Source: Octopus vulgaris
Lineage: Eukaryota
NCBI GenBank assembly: GCA_951406725.2
Contig: OX597814.1
Coordinates: 10,912,001 to 10,976,000, forward strand
Length of the DNA: 64,000 bases
Direction: 5' to 3'
This document shows, in pieces, positions 12,935 through 36,587 of the stretch (positions within the stretch are counted from its first letter, which is position 1; every line of letters begins with the position of its first letter). Position numbers and translations under genes: made by a program. Below the pieces are notes generated by a model. That model had not been told where the DNA came from. It searched no databases and saw only the letters and a program-made list of their open reading frames with translations.

Positions 12935-14945
12935 AGTCATACACATTTATGCACCTTTATAATTATTACTGTTCTTACTGCTGTGGCAGTGGTATTGTTG
13001 TTGTTGCTGTTGTTGTCGGTGTTGTTATTGTATATGATGATGATGTTCATGTTGAAGCGACTCTTAGAATTTCTCAGAGTCAATACTAGGTCTAATGTAT
13101 ACCATATATACATGTACAATCCTAATATATTTTATGCCTCTTTGACTCTGCAGGGGGAATTACAACAATTAAATATGTATGTACTTGTGTCTATTTAAAT
13201 GGTTGTGTGTATGTCTATTTATATGTAAGAGTGTTTATGTGTGTAGATGTGAGCATATTTAAGTGCGTATTTCTGTATATAACTTTACAAAGTTTTACGT
13301 AAGTTTGTGAGTATGTTTCTGTGTAATTCAAGTCATATTTGTTGCCTTTAAGATTGTTTTTGTGTACGTATGTTTGTATTCATTCGTGTGTATGTTTTAA
13401 TGTTTGTGTGTGTATGTGTAGGTGTGTGAAAAAGTACGTGAGTGTGTGTGGTTGCATTTTCGTAGCTTCTAGTTTATCTGATGCGTTTCCCTGCTTGTAT
13501 GCTTGCATGTGATTGTTCATCAGGGATGAAGCGGGGAACTTCAACAGCAGGAGTAAAACAAACAGGTGTAGCATCATCCCAAGTATTACATCAAGCAGAG
13601 CGTAAGAGAGACAGTGTTTTGACGTATACATCAACCGTTTTTCTTAAATGGTTCTTCCTCATAAGCTCAGAAGGGAATAAAGATGAGTAGCGTGTAGCAA
13701 CACAATGTTTATGAGACACATTTAGTGACGATGGTGGTACAGAGGTTTAGGATTTTTGAGGGGTTTCTTGTAGGGGCTTTTATTATTCTTTGCCATTTAT
13801 AGTCTCTTTTCATTTATGGTTGCCTGCTTTCTTCTTCGTCTTTGTCTTCTTCTTCTTCATCATCGCTTTTATCTTTTGCTGTCCTTATAGACCATAGTGT
13901 ATTGAAGATGTGTTGAAGACAGTAAAGAATTTGGAGATATTTCATTCGACACGCCTGAAATGTTTAAAAGAATAAATATGAATGTAATTTATTAAAATTA
14001 TAAATGGAAATATTTTTACAAGGGAAATAATAATGGTTTCTGGTAAACGTAATTTTAACCTGCACATTTTTGGTGTCAGTTATATCCTGCCAGATTTTGA
14101 ACCCAGAATGTAAAGAAGCATAGCTAAAATCTCTATTTCTTTTTGTGTGTCCCTCTTCTGATTCTTTAATCTAAGTACCTTTTAACCAAGGCTCGAGGTT
14201 AAGGATTTAGATGAAGGTGGATGGGTAGATCCGATAACATGGACATCAGTACTTGAAATGTACAATATACTATCGACACAGTAAAAATTAAAGAAATCAA
14301 TAGCTAGATTTGAAGCAGAAGGAAAAGAGCTGTATCGAAACATGAATATCTATTTTTCCCATCGCTGTACCAATTATGTTCAACCATCGTCTTCACGTTG
14401 GAAATAACATCTGAAACTATTCTGTTTTAGAGGCTATAAAATCATAAAACAAGCGGCCAGCTCAGTGAGATAATGGACAACGATTTACCAGGTGTCTGAT
14501 TTTTTCAATGTTTGGTAAACTTTTTTCGTTGTTCATTGGGCAATTACATTACCTTACATGTAGTTACATTCAGAGTAAATAAATTTATAGGGTAAAGGAA
14601 TTTGTTTCGCCATCAAATGGATCCAAATTCGACCTCACTACACAGCAGCTTATAAATGTACTTTCGACCATATTTCCACATTAATACAAGCCTGGTTAGT
14701 AAAACTGACACCTTATTGTCTTGCTGCCTACGAAAGGCATATTAGGAAATAAGATCATGGAAAAAATAGGGTACATTGAACAATCACGGCCTAAATACCT
14801 GCTATCATAAACGTACTCTTTCAGGGCTGATATTGGGGGTAAACAAAACAATAACAACTAGGAAGAGAATGTAAAAGTAAAGCAAGAAGGGTCTCTTACC
14901 GGAAATATTTGAATCACGTGCCGACAGGAAAATGTTTCGTGGAAT

Positions 14946-23689
<8,744 letters not shown>

Positions 23690-25135
23690 CTGTAAAATTT
23701 GAAAAATAAATAGGTGTAAGTAATATATACGTATCACAAAATTTTGAAATTTCTACAGAGCAATCAATGCTCAGATCGAATATCATGGGCTGAAGAAGCT
23801 GTTGAGAGATAAGCGTTTTACCTGAATAGAACGACTGGCCATTCTTACTAACAGGTGGGTGAATTAAGGTGATGCAGATTAAAGATTATATTGCTCAGAA
23901 AATGATGAAATGCTTTCAGAACTGAACACAAAGGGTAGAAATTTGTGGTTCACTCATTTTCAATAACTAAGAAAACAACTAAATAAATGAAATTTTATTT
24001 TTTGTGAAACAACTGCACTACATAGTTATAGTTTCAACTAATACGTTGCCCCAGAACTGTACGATCACATCCCACCTGTAATGGACGAAATGACAACTTA
24101 TCCGTCCTACACATCTGTGATGCATTATTATAAGTTGAGTATTTTTCGCCAATCACCCTTCGCTTGCTAGATTACATTATAATAAGGGGTAAATATCAAT
24201 ATGCGTAACTGAAACAGTGAGGAATGAAGCTATAAAACTGGTTCCAGGGAAGGACAAAAATATTTTGGAAAATTTAAGGCTAATTGATCACGTGTGTGCT
24301 CACGCTTCTAAAAGGCCAACGATAAAGTAAATGTTTACTGATAGTCCAGTGTAAGTTTCCGTAAAATTACGTATTAAGTTTCCGCATTGAGTATGAAACC
24401 TACAATGGTAACGAAGTTCTTAATGGTAAATTAAAGCAGAGCCTCCTTTAGGAAACAAAGGCTTATGTATTTATATGAAAATAAATCCATACACATATAG
24501 AAATACAGATATACGTGTATATATTTATATATATATATACATATATATACATACATACGAACTTGCGTACATACTTATAAATATACATACATACATGCAT
24601 CCAAACATGCATGCATACATACATACATACATACATACATACATACATACATACATACATACATACATACATACGTACATACGTACGTACGTACGTACAT
24701 GTATATGTATGAATGTATTTTTTTTACTGCTGTGTGTGCGTTTGTGTGCTTGTTTGTGTATGTATTCCCCTCTCAGATTCGCACACTTATTGCAGCTGTC
24801 CCTCAGTATTTCTAAGTCCTGTAAAAGAACTCGGATAGGTTGGGCTTCCACCCAGGCCTTTCGCGGTACCCTTCAAGCCTGGAACTTTTCAGCACGCCAT
24901 CGTGTATACACACACACATGTATACTTATTTTCGGTTCAGGCACATTCTGCCGGTTCATATATTACGCATGTTCTCACGCCTACGCATGATATTTCGTTG
25001 TTCATCATCGCTACCATACATATTTTTCTTCTCTGCCAAGAATATACATACATAGACACATACACACATACACACATACATACACACATACATACATACA
25101 TACATACATACATACATACATACATACATACACAC

Positions 25136-25203
<68 letters not shown>

Positions 25204-25892
25204 GCACGCACTTTATCTGAAATTGTCAGTGACCTTCTTTTCGTATCTAAGAAGATTTCCACCCATTCTGACAAAACTTCTTTCTATTCTGTGAGAGGGA
25301 GAAAAAAAAAGAGAGAGTGTGTGTAAGAGAGAGATGGGAGAAAGACAGAGGAACCAACTAAATTGGTTTCGTTTATTCATTATCTATTAATATATAGTAT
25401 CACTAATGTATATGCGTGTGTGATCATCTTCATCTGTGTGTGTGTGTTTGTGTGTGTGATTGTGTGTGTGTGGGTCTGAGTTTATGTAAGCGCAATACTG
25501 TATTTCTTATATGCGTTTGCATTGGTGAATATGTTAACGTGGTGGTGGTAGCGGTTGTGTTGATGGTGAGTCAGAAACTGGAATTACTAAACATTTGTTT
25601 ACCAACAAACACTTCTCTCTAAAATATCTAACCAACCAACTAGCCAAGCAAAAAAAAAAATTACAAACTAACAAAACAAAACAAAACAACAAAACAACAA
25701 AACATGAACATGCATAGCACATCAACACAAAAAGGAAAACGGAAACAGAATTGCATCACACATAACAAGCAATTACAAACTCCCATATTTATTGCCCTCT
25801 AAAACAGAAAGAGAAAGCCTACAACCCCAAAAGTGTATATTTTCTTAGTCTTTGATTTATTTCAGTATTCCGACGTAACCAGATATGCAGAG

Positions 25893-26292
25893 ACAAGTAA
25901 AGTAATCGTTTCTACTCGAGGCACAAGGCTCGAAATTTTGGGGGAGGGTCCAGTCGCTTAGATGGATCCCAACACGCAACTGGTACTTAATTTATCAACT
26001 CCGAAAGGTAAAGTCGACCGCGGCAGAATTTGTACTCAGAGCATACAGACAGACGAAATACCTATTTCTTTATTACCTACAAGGGGGTAAACACAGAGAG
26101 GACAAGCAAGGACAGACAAGCGGATTATGTCGATTATATCGACCCCAGTGTGTAACTGGTACTTAATTTATCGACCCCGAAAGGATGAAAGGCAAAATCG
26201 ACCTCAGCGTAATTTGAACTCAGAACGTAACGGCAGACGAAATACTGCCAAGCATTTCGCCCAGCGTGCTAACGTTTCACCAGCTCGCCGCT
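25893..26292 (-). mobile_element. Two adjacent SINE family B (octopus OK-like) copies
   Basis: Head ggcgagctgg..aacgttagcac at ~26292; shared core aactggtacttaatttatc..cgaaagg..aaagtcgacc; related copies at 34140-34285, 40690-40790, 61043-61215. Confidence 0.8.
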
Positions 26293-26558
26293 TGATATTT
26301 GCGAATATTTTTTTTCTACTATAGACACAAAGCCCAATATTTTTGGAGAGGGGGGGCCAGTAGCTTGAGGACTATTCCTTACGAATTTGAACGGCAATAT
26401 AAAGTCTCATTCGATGATGGCATAATGATACCATTTTTTTTTCTCAAAACTTACTATACACTACTGAAACTGAAATTCCCCTTTTAGGTTGAATACAGTG
26501 CTCACAGACATATAGATTTGTGTGTGCGTGTGTGTCTGTCTGCATGTGTGTGTGTGTG

Positions 26559-26601
<43 letters not shown>

Positions 26602-26803
26602 CTTCATAAAGAGAGATTGATACTGCGCCTCGGTCGGTAGGTGATGGGGGTGTTTGTGTACAAATTATAAATCTTGAAAAAATCAATCGATTTGTCTAAT
26701 GTCTGGCAAATTCTTACACACTCATACCCACGTACCCCCATACATCCACACACACACACACGCGCGCACAGATATATGTATATACATATATTTATAAATA
26801 GAA

Positions 26804-26864
<61 letters not shown>

Positions 26865-27011
26865 AGTATATGTATATATATATACATATAAATGTCTATA
26901 TATGTATAAATATATATAAATGTGCATATATATATATATGTATATATATGTGTGTATATATATGCATATATAATATATGAATATATATATTATATATATA
27001 TATATAATATA

Positions 27012-27066
<55 letters not shown>

Positions 27067-27126
27067 TATATACATACATAACTATGTATAATTATATACA
27101 TAACTGCATCGACAGACACATAGATG

Positions 27127-27205
<79 letters not shown>

Positions 27206-27644
27206 GGATAATTAGACAGACAGATTCACTCATCTCAAAATATTTATATATTCTTTATATATTTGCTATATTTGCACAATGAGATCGAACTAACCATAAA
27301 CTAATCTATATCACCCAAATATTTGTTTGCACATTTCAATAGGTAACAAACGGGTGGATGTGGCAAGGTTACATAAGGTGGCTTTCTCAACACATTTACC
27401 GATGTCGATATTCATTAATGGAGAAAGCCAAGCATAGAGCATCTAAGTTAGATTACCCATGGCTAATGTTGTTAGGAGATGGCCTCTTTCCTTTGATAAA
27501 TGACCAAAGCACATACACACACACACACACACGCACGTACACACACACACATATGTACATAGACATATATGTATATATACGTATATATGTATGCATAGTT
27601 GCTTATGTATAAATATATATATATACATGTATACATAGACGGTC

Positions 27645-27695
<51 letters not shown>

Positions 27696-27951
27696 TAGAT
27701 AGATATAGATACGTATGTGAATAGAGATGTGTATATATGTATACGCACACACATCTCTATTCACATACAGACATATATACATATATTATATATATATGTC
27801 TGTGTGAGTATATATATATATATATATGTTTATTTATATGCATGTATGTTTATATATACATACATATATTTATATATATATATATTTATGTATATACATA
27901 TGTATAGATATACACATATTTATATATTTATCTATGCATGTATCTATGTAA

Positions 27952-28015
<64 letters not shown>

Positions 28016-29007
28016 ATATATATATATACATATATAAACTAAATATTTTAATGCTATGTAGGTGTTGCACTTATTTTGTGGTGCTGTAGCTTATTGAGGT
28101 GGATGTGTGGTGATGGTGAGGGCGGTTACTGGGGTGGTGATGTCAAAGGTAGTAACGGTGTTGTTATTGCTGGTAGCTGGTCATAATTATTCTTTTAATA
28201 ATTGGAGCAGTGTGCATATGCAAGTACGTTTCTGTGTTTGTTCTGACTAAAAATATTTAGTGCTGATTGTTGTACTTATCAGCAACCTGATATGTGTATC
28301 TGTGTGTGATCAAGTGCATATATATGTATATATGTGTGTGTGTGTATTTTGATAAGTAAATGTGTGTATATATGTGTGTGTGTTTAATGGGTTTTGTTGA
28401 CAACGGTGAATAGTAATAGTGATGATGATTATTCCATCTGGTTTTAAGGTCATCCACCAAATTGTGACACATTTATTCAACACCTTCTACAAGCAGTTGT
28501 ACATTAATTCACTGTTTCTTCTGTCCCGAATTTTTTACTGTTACTAGAATGGTCTTTGCTTCTTTTCATACACTGGGTACTCACATCAGTCAAGCCATAA
28601 CACATCTAAGTATAAGTCTTTATCTTTTAGTTACGAGAAAAAAAGAAAAAATACAGCCCATGCGACGTTATAAAACTTCCAAGATTGGCGAAAGTGAGGA
28701 CAGGAATTATCCACAAAACGAAGCTAGACTCAAATGCCTGCAACTGTTTGGACTCTGTTAAAGGTAAACAAATTTGGTGATATTAAATCAGGTGTCATCT
28801 TAAGTGAACTAAGAAAGTAAAAGCCGAAACAAACTACAACTTAACCTCAACTTATTTATATCTTACTCAACATCTACTGAAGTTCATGCAGAACATGAAT
28901 CGTATAAAACTGACCAGTTAGGTTAATAGCACTATTGCTATTTACCTAACCATATAAGTATCAGGAAAAATAGCTAACGCGTGTCTGCAGCAGCAGTAAT
29001 AGGTTAT

Positions 29008-29400
29008 GGATGGGATGGAAGGACTCCGTCGGTTACGACGACGAGGGTTCCGGTTGATCCGATCAACGGAACAGCCTGCTCGTGAAATTAACGTGTAAGT
29101 GGCTGAGCACTCCACAGACACGTGTACCCTTAACGTAGTTCTCGGGGATATTCAGCGTGACACAGAGAGTGACAAGGCCGGCCTCTTGAAATACAGGTAC
29201 AACAGAAACAGGAAGTAAGAGTGTGAGAAAGTTGTGGTGAAAGAGTACAGCAGGGATCACCACCATCCCCTGCCGGAGCCTCGTGGAGCTTTTAGGTGTT
29301 TTCGCTCAATAAACACTCACAACGCCCGATCTGGGAATCGAAACCGCGATCCTACGACCGCGAATCCGCTGCCCTAACCACTGGGCCATTGCGCCTCCAC
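29008..29400 (-). mobile_element. Full-length tRNA-derived SINE (family C) with 10-bp target-site duplication
   Basis: A box TGGCCCAGTGG (29388-29378), B box GGTTTCGATTCCC (29345-29333); TSD AATAGGTTAT at 28998-29007 and 29401-29410. Confidence 0.9.
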
Positions 29401-29929
29401 AATAGGTTATAGAACTGTAAGTAATAGAGGAGGTAATTTAGAAGTAAACTTACCGAGCTAAACCGGATTATAAATATTTTGAAACTAGCCATTACGTAGC
29501 TATACAATGAGCTAACATTTCACCTCTTCTTTACATTTCAATTTTCATCTCTCCACTTCAAAGAGGAAAACATGCAGTCTATTATATTGCTGGCTATATG
29601 CAGGTCAGACTGCCTGGAGATTAACCGATTGGTTTAAGGGAGCATGCTAAAGACACCCCGACTAAAAATATTGGTTCACAACACGTAGACCGATATTGCT
29701 GCTCAGTGGACCATACATCACGGCACCTCGTTTATCGTCTTGTTTTATACGATATGGCACTCCCATATCCCGCGTCCGACCGGAACAATAACTCATCTTT
29801 TAACTCGGATCAACTGAACCACACGAGTTAAATAGTCGGGTCGATTCAATATTTTGTAACTGCACACATCTACAAAAGTTTACAGATGCACATATACGCA
29901 CGCAGCAAAGTTTTTCCTTTCGCAACAGC

Positions 29930-29974
<45 letters not shown>

Positions 29975-29977
29975 ATG

Positions 29978-30018
<41 letters not shown>

Positions 30019-30429
30019 ACCACGTCATTTTACTATGTATATTAAGTGTATAAACGCATAATATACTCGCAAAACTCAAACAAGTACATACATGCATATA
30101 CATATATACATATATACATATATACATACATACATACACACACATACTCACACACACATATATGTATATATGTGTGAGCATATATGTATATGCATATACA
30201 CATGTCTGCACACAGATACACACATATACATACATATATATATATATATATATAAATGCATGTGTGTGCGTGTGTGTGTGTGTTAGTGTGTGTGTGTATG
30301 TGTGTGTGTACGTGTGAATAATGTGTACTTGTGAAGAAAGAATTTTCACAATCAATTATATGCTGTTTGATGTTTTTCCTTTTCGTTGAAAAGAAATATT
30401 ATTATTGTTGTTTCTCTTGTCTGGTTTGT

Positions 30430-30457
30430 GGTCAGTAGCGGTGGTGGTGGTAGTGTC

Positions 30458-30491
<34 letters not shown>

Positions 30492-30507
30492 TCAGTAGTG
30501 TTATTGC

Positions 30508-30570
<63 letters not shown>

Positions 30571-30862
30571 TATTATCTTCATCAGCATCACCATCGTCTT
30601 CAAACACGATCTTTATCACCCCTTCATGATAATCATCGTTCACAACATATTTATCATGGTCACCACCACCACCAAAACCACCACCACCACCACTACCACC
30701 ACCATACCACCACCACCACCACCACCACCACCACCACCACTATTAATACGATTATTAGTATTTTTAGTGATGCTGATTATTGCTGTTGTTGTTGTTGTTG
30801 AAATCATCATCATAGTTAGCATCATCAAACAGTAATCATCATTATCATCATCATCATTATTA

Positions 30863-30926
<64 letters not shown>

Positions 30927-30960
30927 CATTATTATAATTATTATTATTATTATTATCATC
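30430..30960. repeat. Compound GGT/GAT/ATT/ACC trinucleotide array
   Basis: Direct inspection. Confidence 0.9.
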
Positions 30961-31622
30961 AAGACGGTGAGCTGGCAGAACCGTTAGCACTTGTTGTAGT
31001 AGTAGTGGTAGTACTTGTTGTTTTTATCGTTGTTGTTTTTGTTGTATTGGTGGTGGTGTTGGTGTTGGTGGTGCGAGTGTTTGCTAAGGAAGGGGTGGCT
31101 ATTGTGTATGTTTATCTGTGTGCCCTCTTTCACAATGTGAATTACTCTATTAAAAGCGAGCAAATTGAACAAACAAAATATATAAATATATACATGAACA
31201 ACTAGACAAAAACTATAAATTTATAACTGTATAACAGGGCCAACACAAACGAAACTACACAATCCAGGTTTCACCATAAAGAGGTCCCTCATAATCAGTT
31301 TAACCTTATCGCTTTAATATTTTCAAAGGTTTCTAACAATAGTACACGTTATTAAATCAGCATTATTTGGAAAATGTTTCTTCTCTTGTTCTTATTTCGT
31401 TATCTATTTAATGTTTGTTTTGACAATTTCTTCTATTTTTTCCATAATACATTTATATCGTGACCTTGGGTATCAAACCGATTTATTTTAAAACAAACAC
31501 TTTTCGCAGTTCGCGGTTCGCGGTTCGCAGTTCGCAGTTCTCACCAATACAGTATTGATATAATAGCCGGGCACCAAAGGTGTCAGATACAAACGCACTC
31601 ACACAGAAGCGCGCGCACGTAA

Positions 31623-31670
<48 letters not shown>

Positions 31671-31727
31671 TATAAATTACATATTTAAATAAATATCTTA
31701 TATAAAATATAGCACATGTATATATAC

Positions 31728-31784
<57 letters not shown>

Positions 31785-32418
31785 TATATTATATTATATT
31801 ATATTACATTATATTTTATTATATTACATATATATATATATATGATATGTATGATATATATATAATATTTTATATATTATATGAATATTGGGTAAGAGTT
31901 AAAGAATAATATATTCGCATATATATATATATACATACGTATGTGTACCGATGTAAAATTTGTAAATATCAATTAGTGTAAGTGTGTATAGATTTTCTAA
32001 ATATATGTATATGAGCGTCTGTATGTCTTTGAGTGTATGTTCGTGTTTATTTGTTTGTGTGTAATCATGTGTTTGTTTATTTGTGCACGTGGGTGCATGT
32101 TGTAACCGCATCGGGGAAAAATATATTTTTGCAGCGCTGAGGTAAGATACTTCCTTTGAGTATATATATACTCAAAGGATATATGTATGTCTACCACATA
32201 CCCACCCTCACACACAAGCATACACGCACGCACACATAAATACATATATAAATACGTACGTATACACACACGTTTATATGTATCCACGTATGCATGATGT
32301 ATATATGCTTAAACATATACAAAGAAAACGAAAACTAAATTCATTGTTATGTACACATAAATACAAATGTATTACATTAGTATATATGTTTGTACGTAAG
32401 TATACATATATATATATA

Positions 32419-32840
32419 GGCGCAGGAGTGGCTGTGTGGTAAGTAGCTTGCTAACCAACCTCATGGTTCCGGGTTCAGACCCACTGGTGGTATCTTGGGC
32501 AAGTGTCTTCTGCTATAGCCCCGAGCCGACCAATGCCTTGTGAGTGGATTTGGTAGACGGAAACTGAAAGAAGCCTGTCGTATATATGTATATATATATA
32601 TATGTGTGTGTGTGTTTGTGTGTGTTTGTTTGTCCCCCTAGCATTGCTTGACAACGGATGCTGGTGTGTTTACGTCCCCGTCACTTAGCGGTTCGGCAAA
32701 AAGAGACCGATAGAATAAGTACTGGGCTTATAAAGAATAAGTTCCGGGGGTCGATTTGCTCGACTAAAGGCGGTGCTCCAGCATGGCCGCAATCAAATGA
32801 CTGAAACAAGTAAAAGAGTAAAAGAGAGAGTAAAAGAGTA
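32419..32840 (+). mobile_element. Full-length SINE family A inserted in (TA)n
   Basis: tRNA-like head ggcgcaggagtggctgtgtggtaag...ggttcagaccc, internal microsatellite, GTAAAAGA tail. Confidence 0.9.
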
Positions 32841-33864
32841 TATCTATATATATATGCGTGCGTGAATGGTTTGTAAAATGAGAAGAAACTATGATAGAAG
32901 CACGCTGAAAGAAGGGAGAGCTAATAATTGTTGCTGGTCCAAACTACTACTGTTTTGTAATCTTTCTAATCTTCACAATTTCTGTTTACGCCATTTTGTA
33001 TGTCAGCCATATTAGCAAGCTTTCTATACAGAATAAACGTTGAAAAAGAAGTTATTTCTTGTGAAGTTTTTTAACTGATACGAAAACAGTTGTAACCTAT
33101 CACTTTCGCCTTTACGTATATTCTCCACCCTTATGTCATTCTAGATACCTTACATCTCTTAATCTTGTTGCTGCGGTGCAGATTTAACTATCATGGCCGC
33201 CATGTTGGGCCTAATTTCGTATTTATAGATTTAGTAGAGAGGTGCTGTTTTGCTTTCTTCTTTCTTCTAAATATAGAATCTATTCCTAAACGTTTTATAT
33301 TCTTTTTTATATATTTCACTAAATATTTCGAAACTCTTAATATAAAAGTATTCTTGCTTTTCTTTTAATAGACTTTTTTTTATGTACTCCTTAGAGCATG
33401 TATATCTGTATGTATTTTTGAATTGTATCTATATGTATTTGCATGTGTATTTATGTGTGTTTTGCGCCTATTCATTTTGTACGTTAGCTTTTTCGGGTTT
33501 TTTTTTTTTTTTTGCAGGAGATCTACATTCAGACAAATCGTCTGCTACGTAATCTGGTGTGTATTTTTAGGCCACCGACTTATTTCTTCTTTCGATGGCC
33601 GTATTCTGCCTGCTTCAAACCTCCAAACTTCTATATTCAGTACTTACCAAATCTGTTACTGAATTTTCTGAATATTCAAAATATCTTTCGGGTGAATGAA
33701 TCACCCAGTTAAACTTTGGAAGAAGCACTCCCTCCAAACGAGCATTTGAGATACGTTATGTTGGAAGCCATTGGAAGATGGTCCAACTTCATATTGTTTT
33801 GAAGATAACAATTTTCGAATTCGTTACTTAAAGTCTAGTGACGAAAATTTACGACTTTTATTGT

Positions 33865-34285
33865 AACTACATAGACGAAAACTGAAAGAAGCCTATTGTT
33901 TATATATATGTGTTTGTCCAGCACCACCACTGCAAACCGGTGTTATTGTATTTATGTCCTAGAAATACCGGTTCGCAAAATATCCGTTAGACTAAGTACT
34001 GTGCTTAAGAGATAATAGGCACTAAGGGTAATTCGTTCGACAGAAAAGGGGGTGCGACAGCATGGCCAGAGTCTAATGGGTGAAGTAAATATAAGACATA
34101 TATATATATACATACATACGTACGTACATGCACACAGAGACCGAGGTCGACTTTGCCTTTCATCCTTTCGGGGTCAATAAATTAAGTACCAGTTATACAC
34201 TGGGGTCGATATAATCGACTTAATTCCTTTGTCTGTCCTTGTTTGTCCCCTCTATGTTTAGCCCCTCGTGGGTAGTAAAGAAACA
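33865..34285 (+). mobile_element. Old family A SINE followed by a family B fragment
   Basis: Degenerate match aactgaaagaagcc...cagcatggcc (33865-34100); ccgaggtcgactttgcctttcatcctttcgggg (34140-34285). Confidence 0.7.
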
Positions 34286-34506
34286 TATATATATATATAT
34301 ATGTATGTATATATATGTATATATACAGTTTTAAAATTATATTTAAAAGAGATGACTATATTCTATATGCTGGGAACCAGTGTATGTACTATGCGTGTGT
34401 GTGTGTGTGTATTTAAACACCTCCGACACGACTGAGCAAATACACGTATATAAATATACATACAAACATATACATACATACATACATACATACATACATA
34501 CATACA

Positions 34507-34537
<31 letters not shown>

Positions 34538-35084
34538 GCATCCATACATAATTACGTGCACGCTGAAGTACACACACACACACACTCTCTCATGTATTCG
34601 TATAGATCTGCCGCATGTGTAGAATCACCAGATTCTTTTCACACTTGACAAGCCAAAGATAACGACAGCAAAAAAAAGAGTGGTGGGTGAAGAGAAATTG
34701 TTATTTAAATCAGTAACAGCAACAACAACAACAACAACAACAGAAACAACAATAACAGCAGCACAATCAGCAATTATTTCATTTAAGCAAGTGAACACGC
34801 ACACACAAACGTACGAACACACAGAAGCGCACAGAAGTAGTACTATCAAAATTACACACTGAACAACATAACTGAACGTTAATCGCACCAGTTTTGAATG
34901 GGTAAAGAATTTATTTTCAAAGTAGCAAAGGTGGGAAGAGACATAAAATACTGAATTAACATTGGTTTATCTAGTCGAAATGGTAGCGGAATCGACAAAC
35001 TTTCAAACAATGATTTTAGTTATTTACAGCTATCAACCCAAGTTTCAATATTTACAGCTATTAGCCACATGTTCGAATATATGC

Positions 35085-35390
35085 CTGTATGTATGTATGC
35101 ATGTATGTATGTATGTATGTATGTATGTATGTATGTATGTATGTATGTATGTATGTATGTATGTATGTATGTATGCATGCATGCATGCATGCATGTATGT
35201 ATGTATGTATGTATGTATGTATGTATGTATGTATGTATGTATGTATGTATGTGTGTATGTATGTATGTATGTATGTGTGTATGTATGTATGTGTGTATGT
35301 ATGTATGTATGTATTTATGTATGTATGTATGTATGTATGTATGCATGTATTTATGTATGTATGTATGTATGTATGTATGCATGTATACAT
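35085..35390. repeat. (ATGT)n tetranucleotide array
   Basis: Direct inspection. Confidence 0.95.
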
Positions 35391-35606
35391 GTGTGTACGT
35401 TTGTGTGTATGTGGTGTGCTCGTATATGTGTGCCCGTTATATATGCCAACCTTTATGTTTACAATTAGAAAATAGAAAATATATTTGGTTATTCGTATAT
35501 TTTCATTTGATAATGTATAACTATATTTGTATAACATAATCACTTATTTGTTATATGTATATATATATATATTTATATCGTTATATATATATATATCATT
35601 ATATAT

Positions 35607-35637
<31 letters not shown>

Positions 35638-35753
35638 AACAGATAAATAGATAGATAGATAGATAGATAGATATACATATATGCATATATATATATGTAT
35701 ATATATATAGATCTACATGCATGCATATATATACACATATATATTTATATACA

Positions 35754-35840
<87 letters not shown>

Positions 35841-36191
35841 GCCGAACATCTTGTGTGTTCGTCTTTATTATGTTGCGATTAGAAACTGCTGGATGTAGTT
35901 TTTAAAATTTGCACATAAGGAAACAAAGAAATAATAGGGAAGCATTTAGGCGTATATACACACATACAAAAACACATGCACTGTTGTGCATAAAATTTCA
36001 TAATTGCTCATTTCCATATAAATGATATATAAGCAAGTATAATGTATTGGCTGGTGTGTATGTGTATGCTGCTTAAGACATATATACATGTATTTTAGGT
36101 GATATACATGTATCTATTTAATTATGTATAAACGTATACAAAAATATAATTGTATTGTTGCATGTATATATGTACACACACACTCACACAA

Positions 36192-36228
<37 letters not shown>

Positions 36229-36234
36229 ATATAT

Positions 36235-36370
36235 ATTTTTTCCTTCTTTTATTCGTTGCTATCATGTTGGAGCACCGCCTTTAGTCGAGAAAATCGACCC
36301 CCAGGACATAACCACAATAGCATCGGTTATGAAGCGAAGGTGGGGGAACAAACACAGACACAGAAACACA
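36235..36370 (-). mobile_element. SINE family A fragment
   Basis: Reverse complement of gtcga..ctcgactaaaggcggtgctcc..catg. Confidence 0.7.
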
Positions 36371-36374
36371 CACA

Positions 36375-36417
<43 letters not shown>

Positions 36418-36455
36418 ATGTATATGTATGTATATATATATATATATATATACAA

Positions 36456-36524
<69 letters not shown>

Positions 36525-36549
36525 CATACATACATATATATACATATGG

Positions 36550-36587
<38 letters not shown>

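Noticed and set aside
23690-23786. Upstream 32 codons of ORF 23448..23786 (MIFDLSID...)
   Set aside because: AT-rich, with no Tbx20 similarity, and ending in a good acceptor (ttttacag); treated as intron.
27400-27442. Possible phase-1 first exon MLYAWLSPLMNIDI with G|GTAAAT donor
   Set aside because: Phase fits, but it is only 14 codons with no eh1 or other similarity. An AFSI in another frame runs into a stop. Not supportable without transcripts.
29650-29860. Inverted motifs cccgacta/tagtcggg and aaaatattg/caatatttt
   Set aside because: The order is not nested, so they do not form TIRs or one hairpin.
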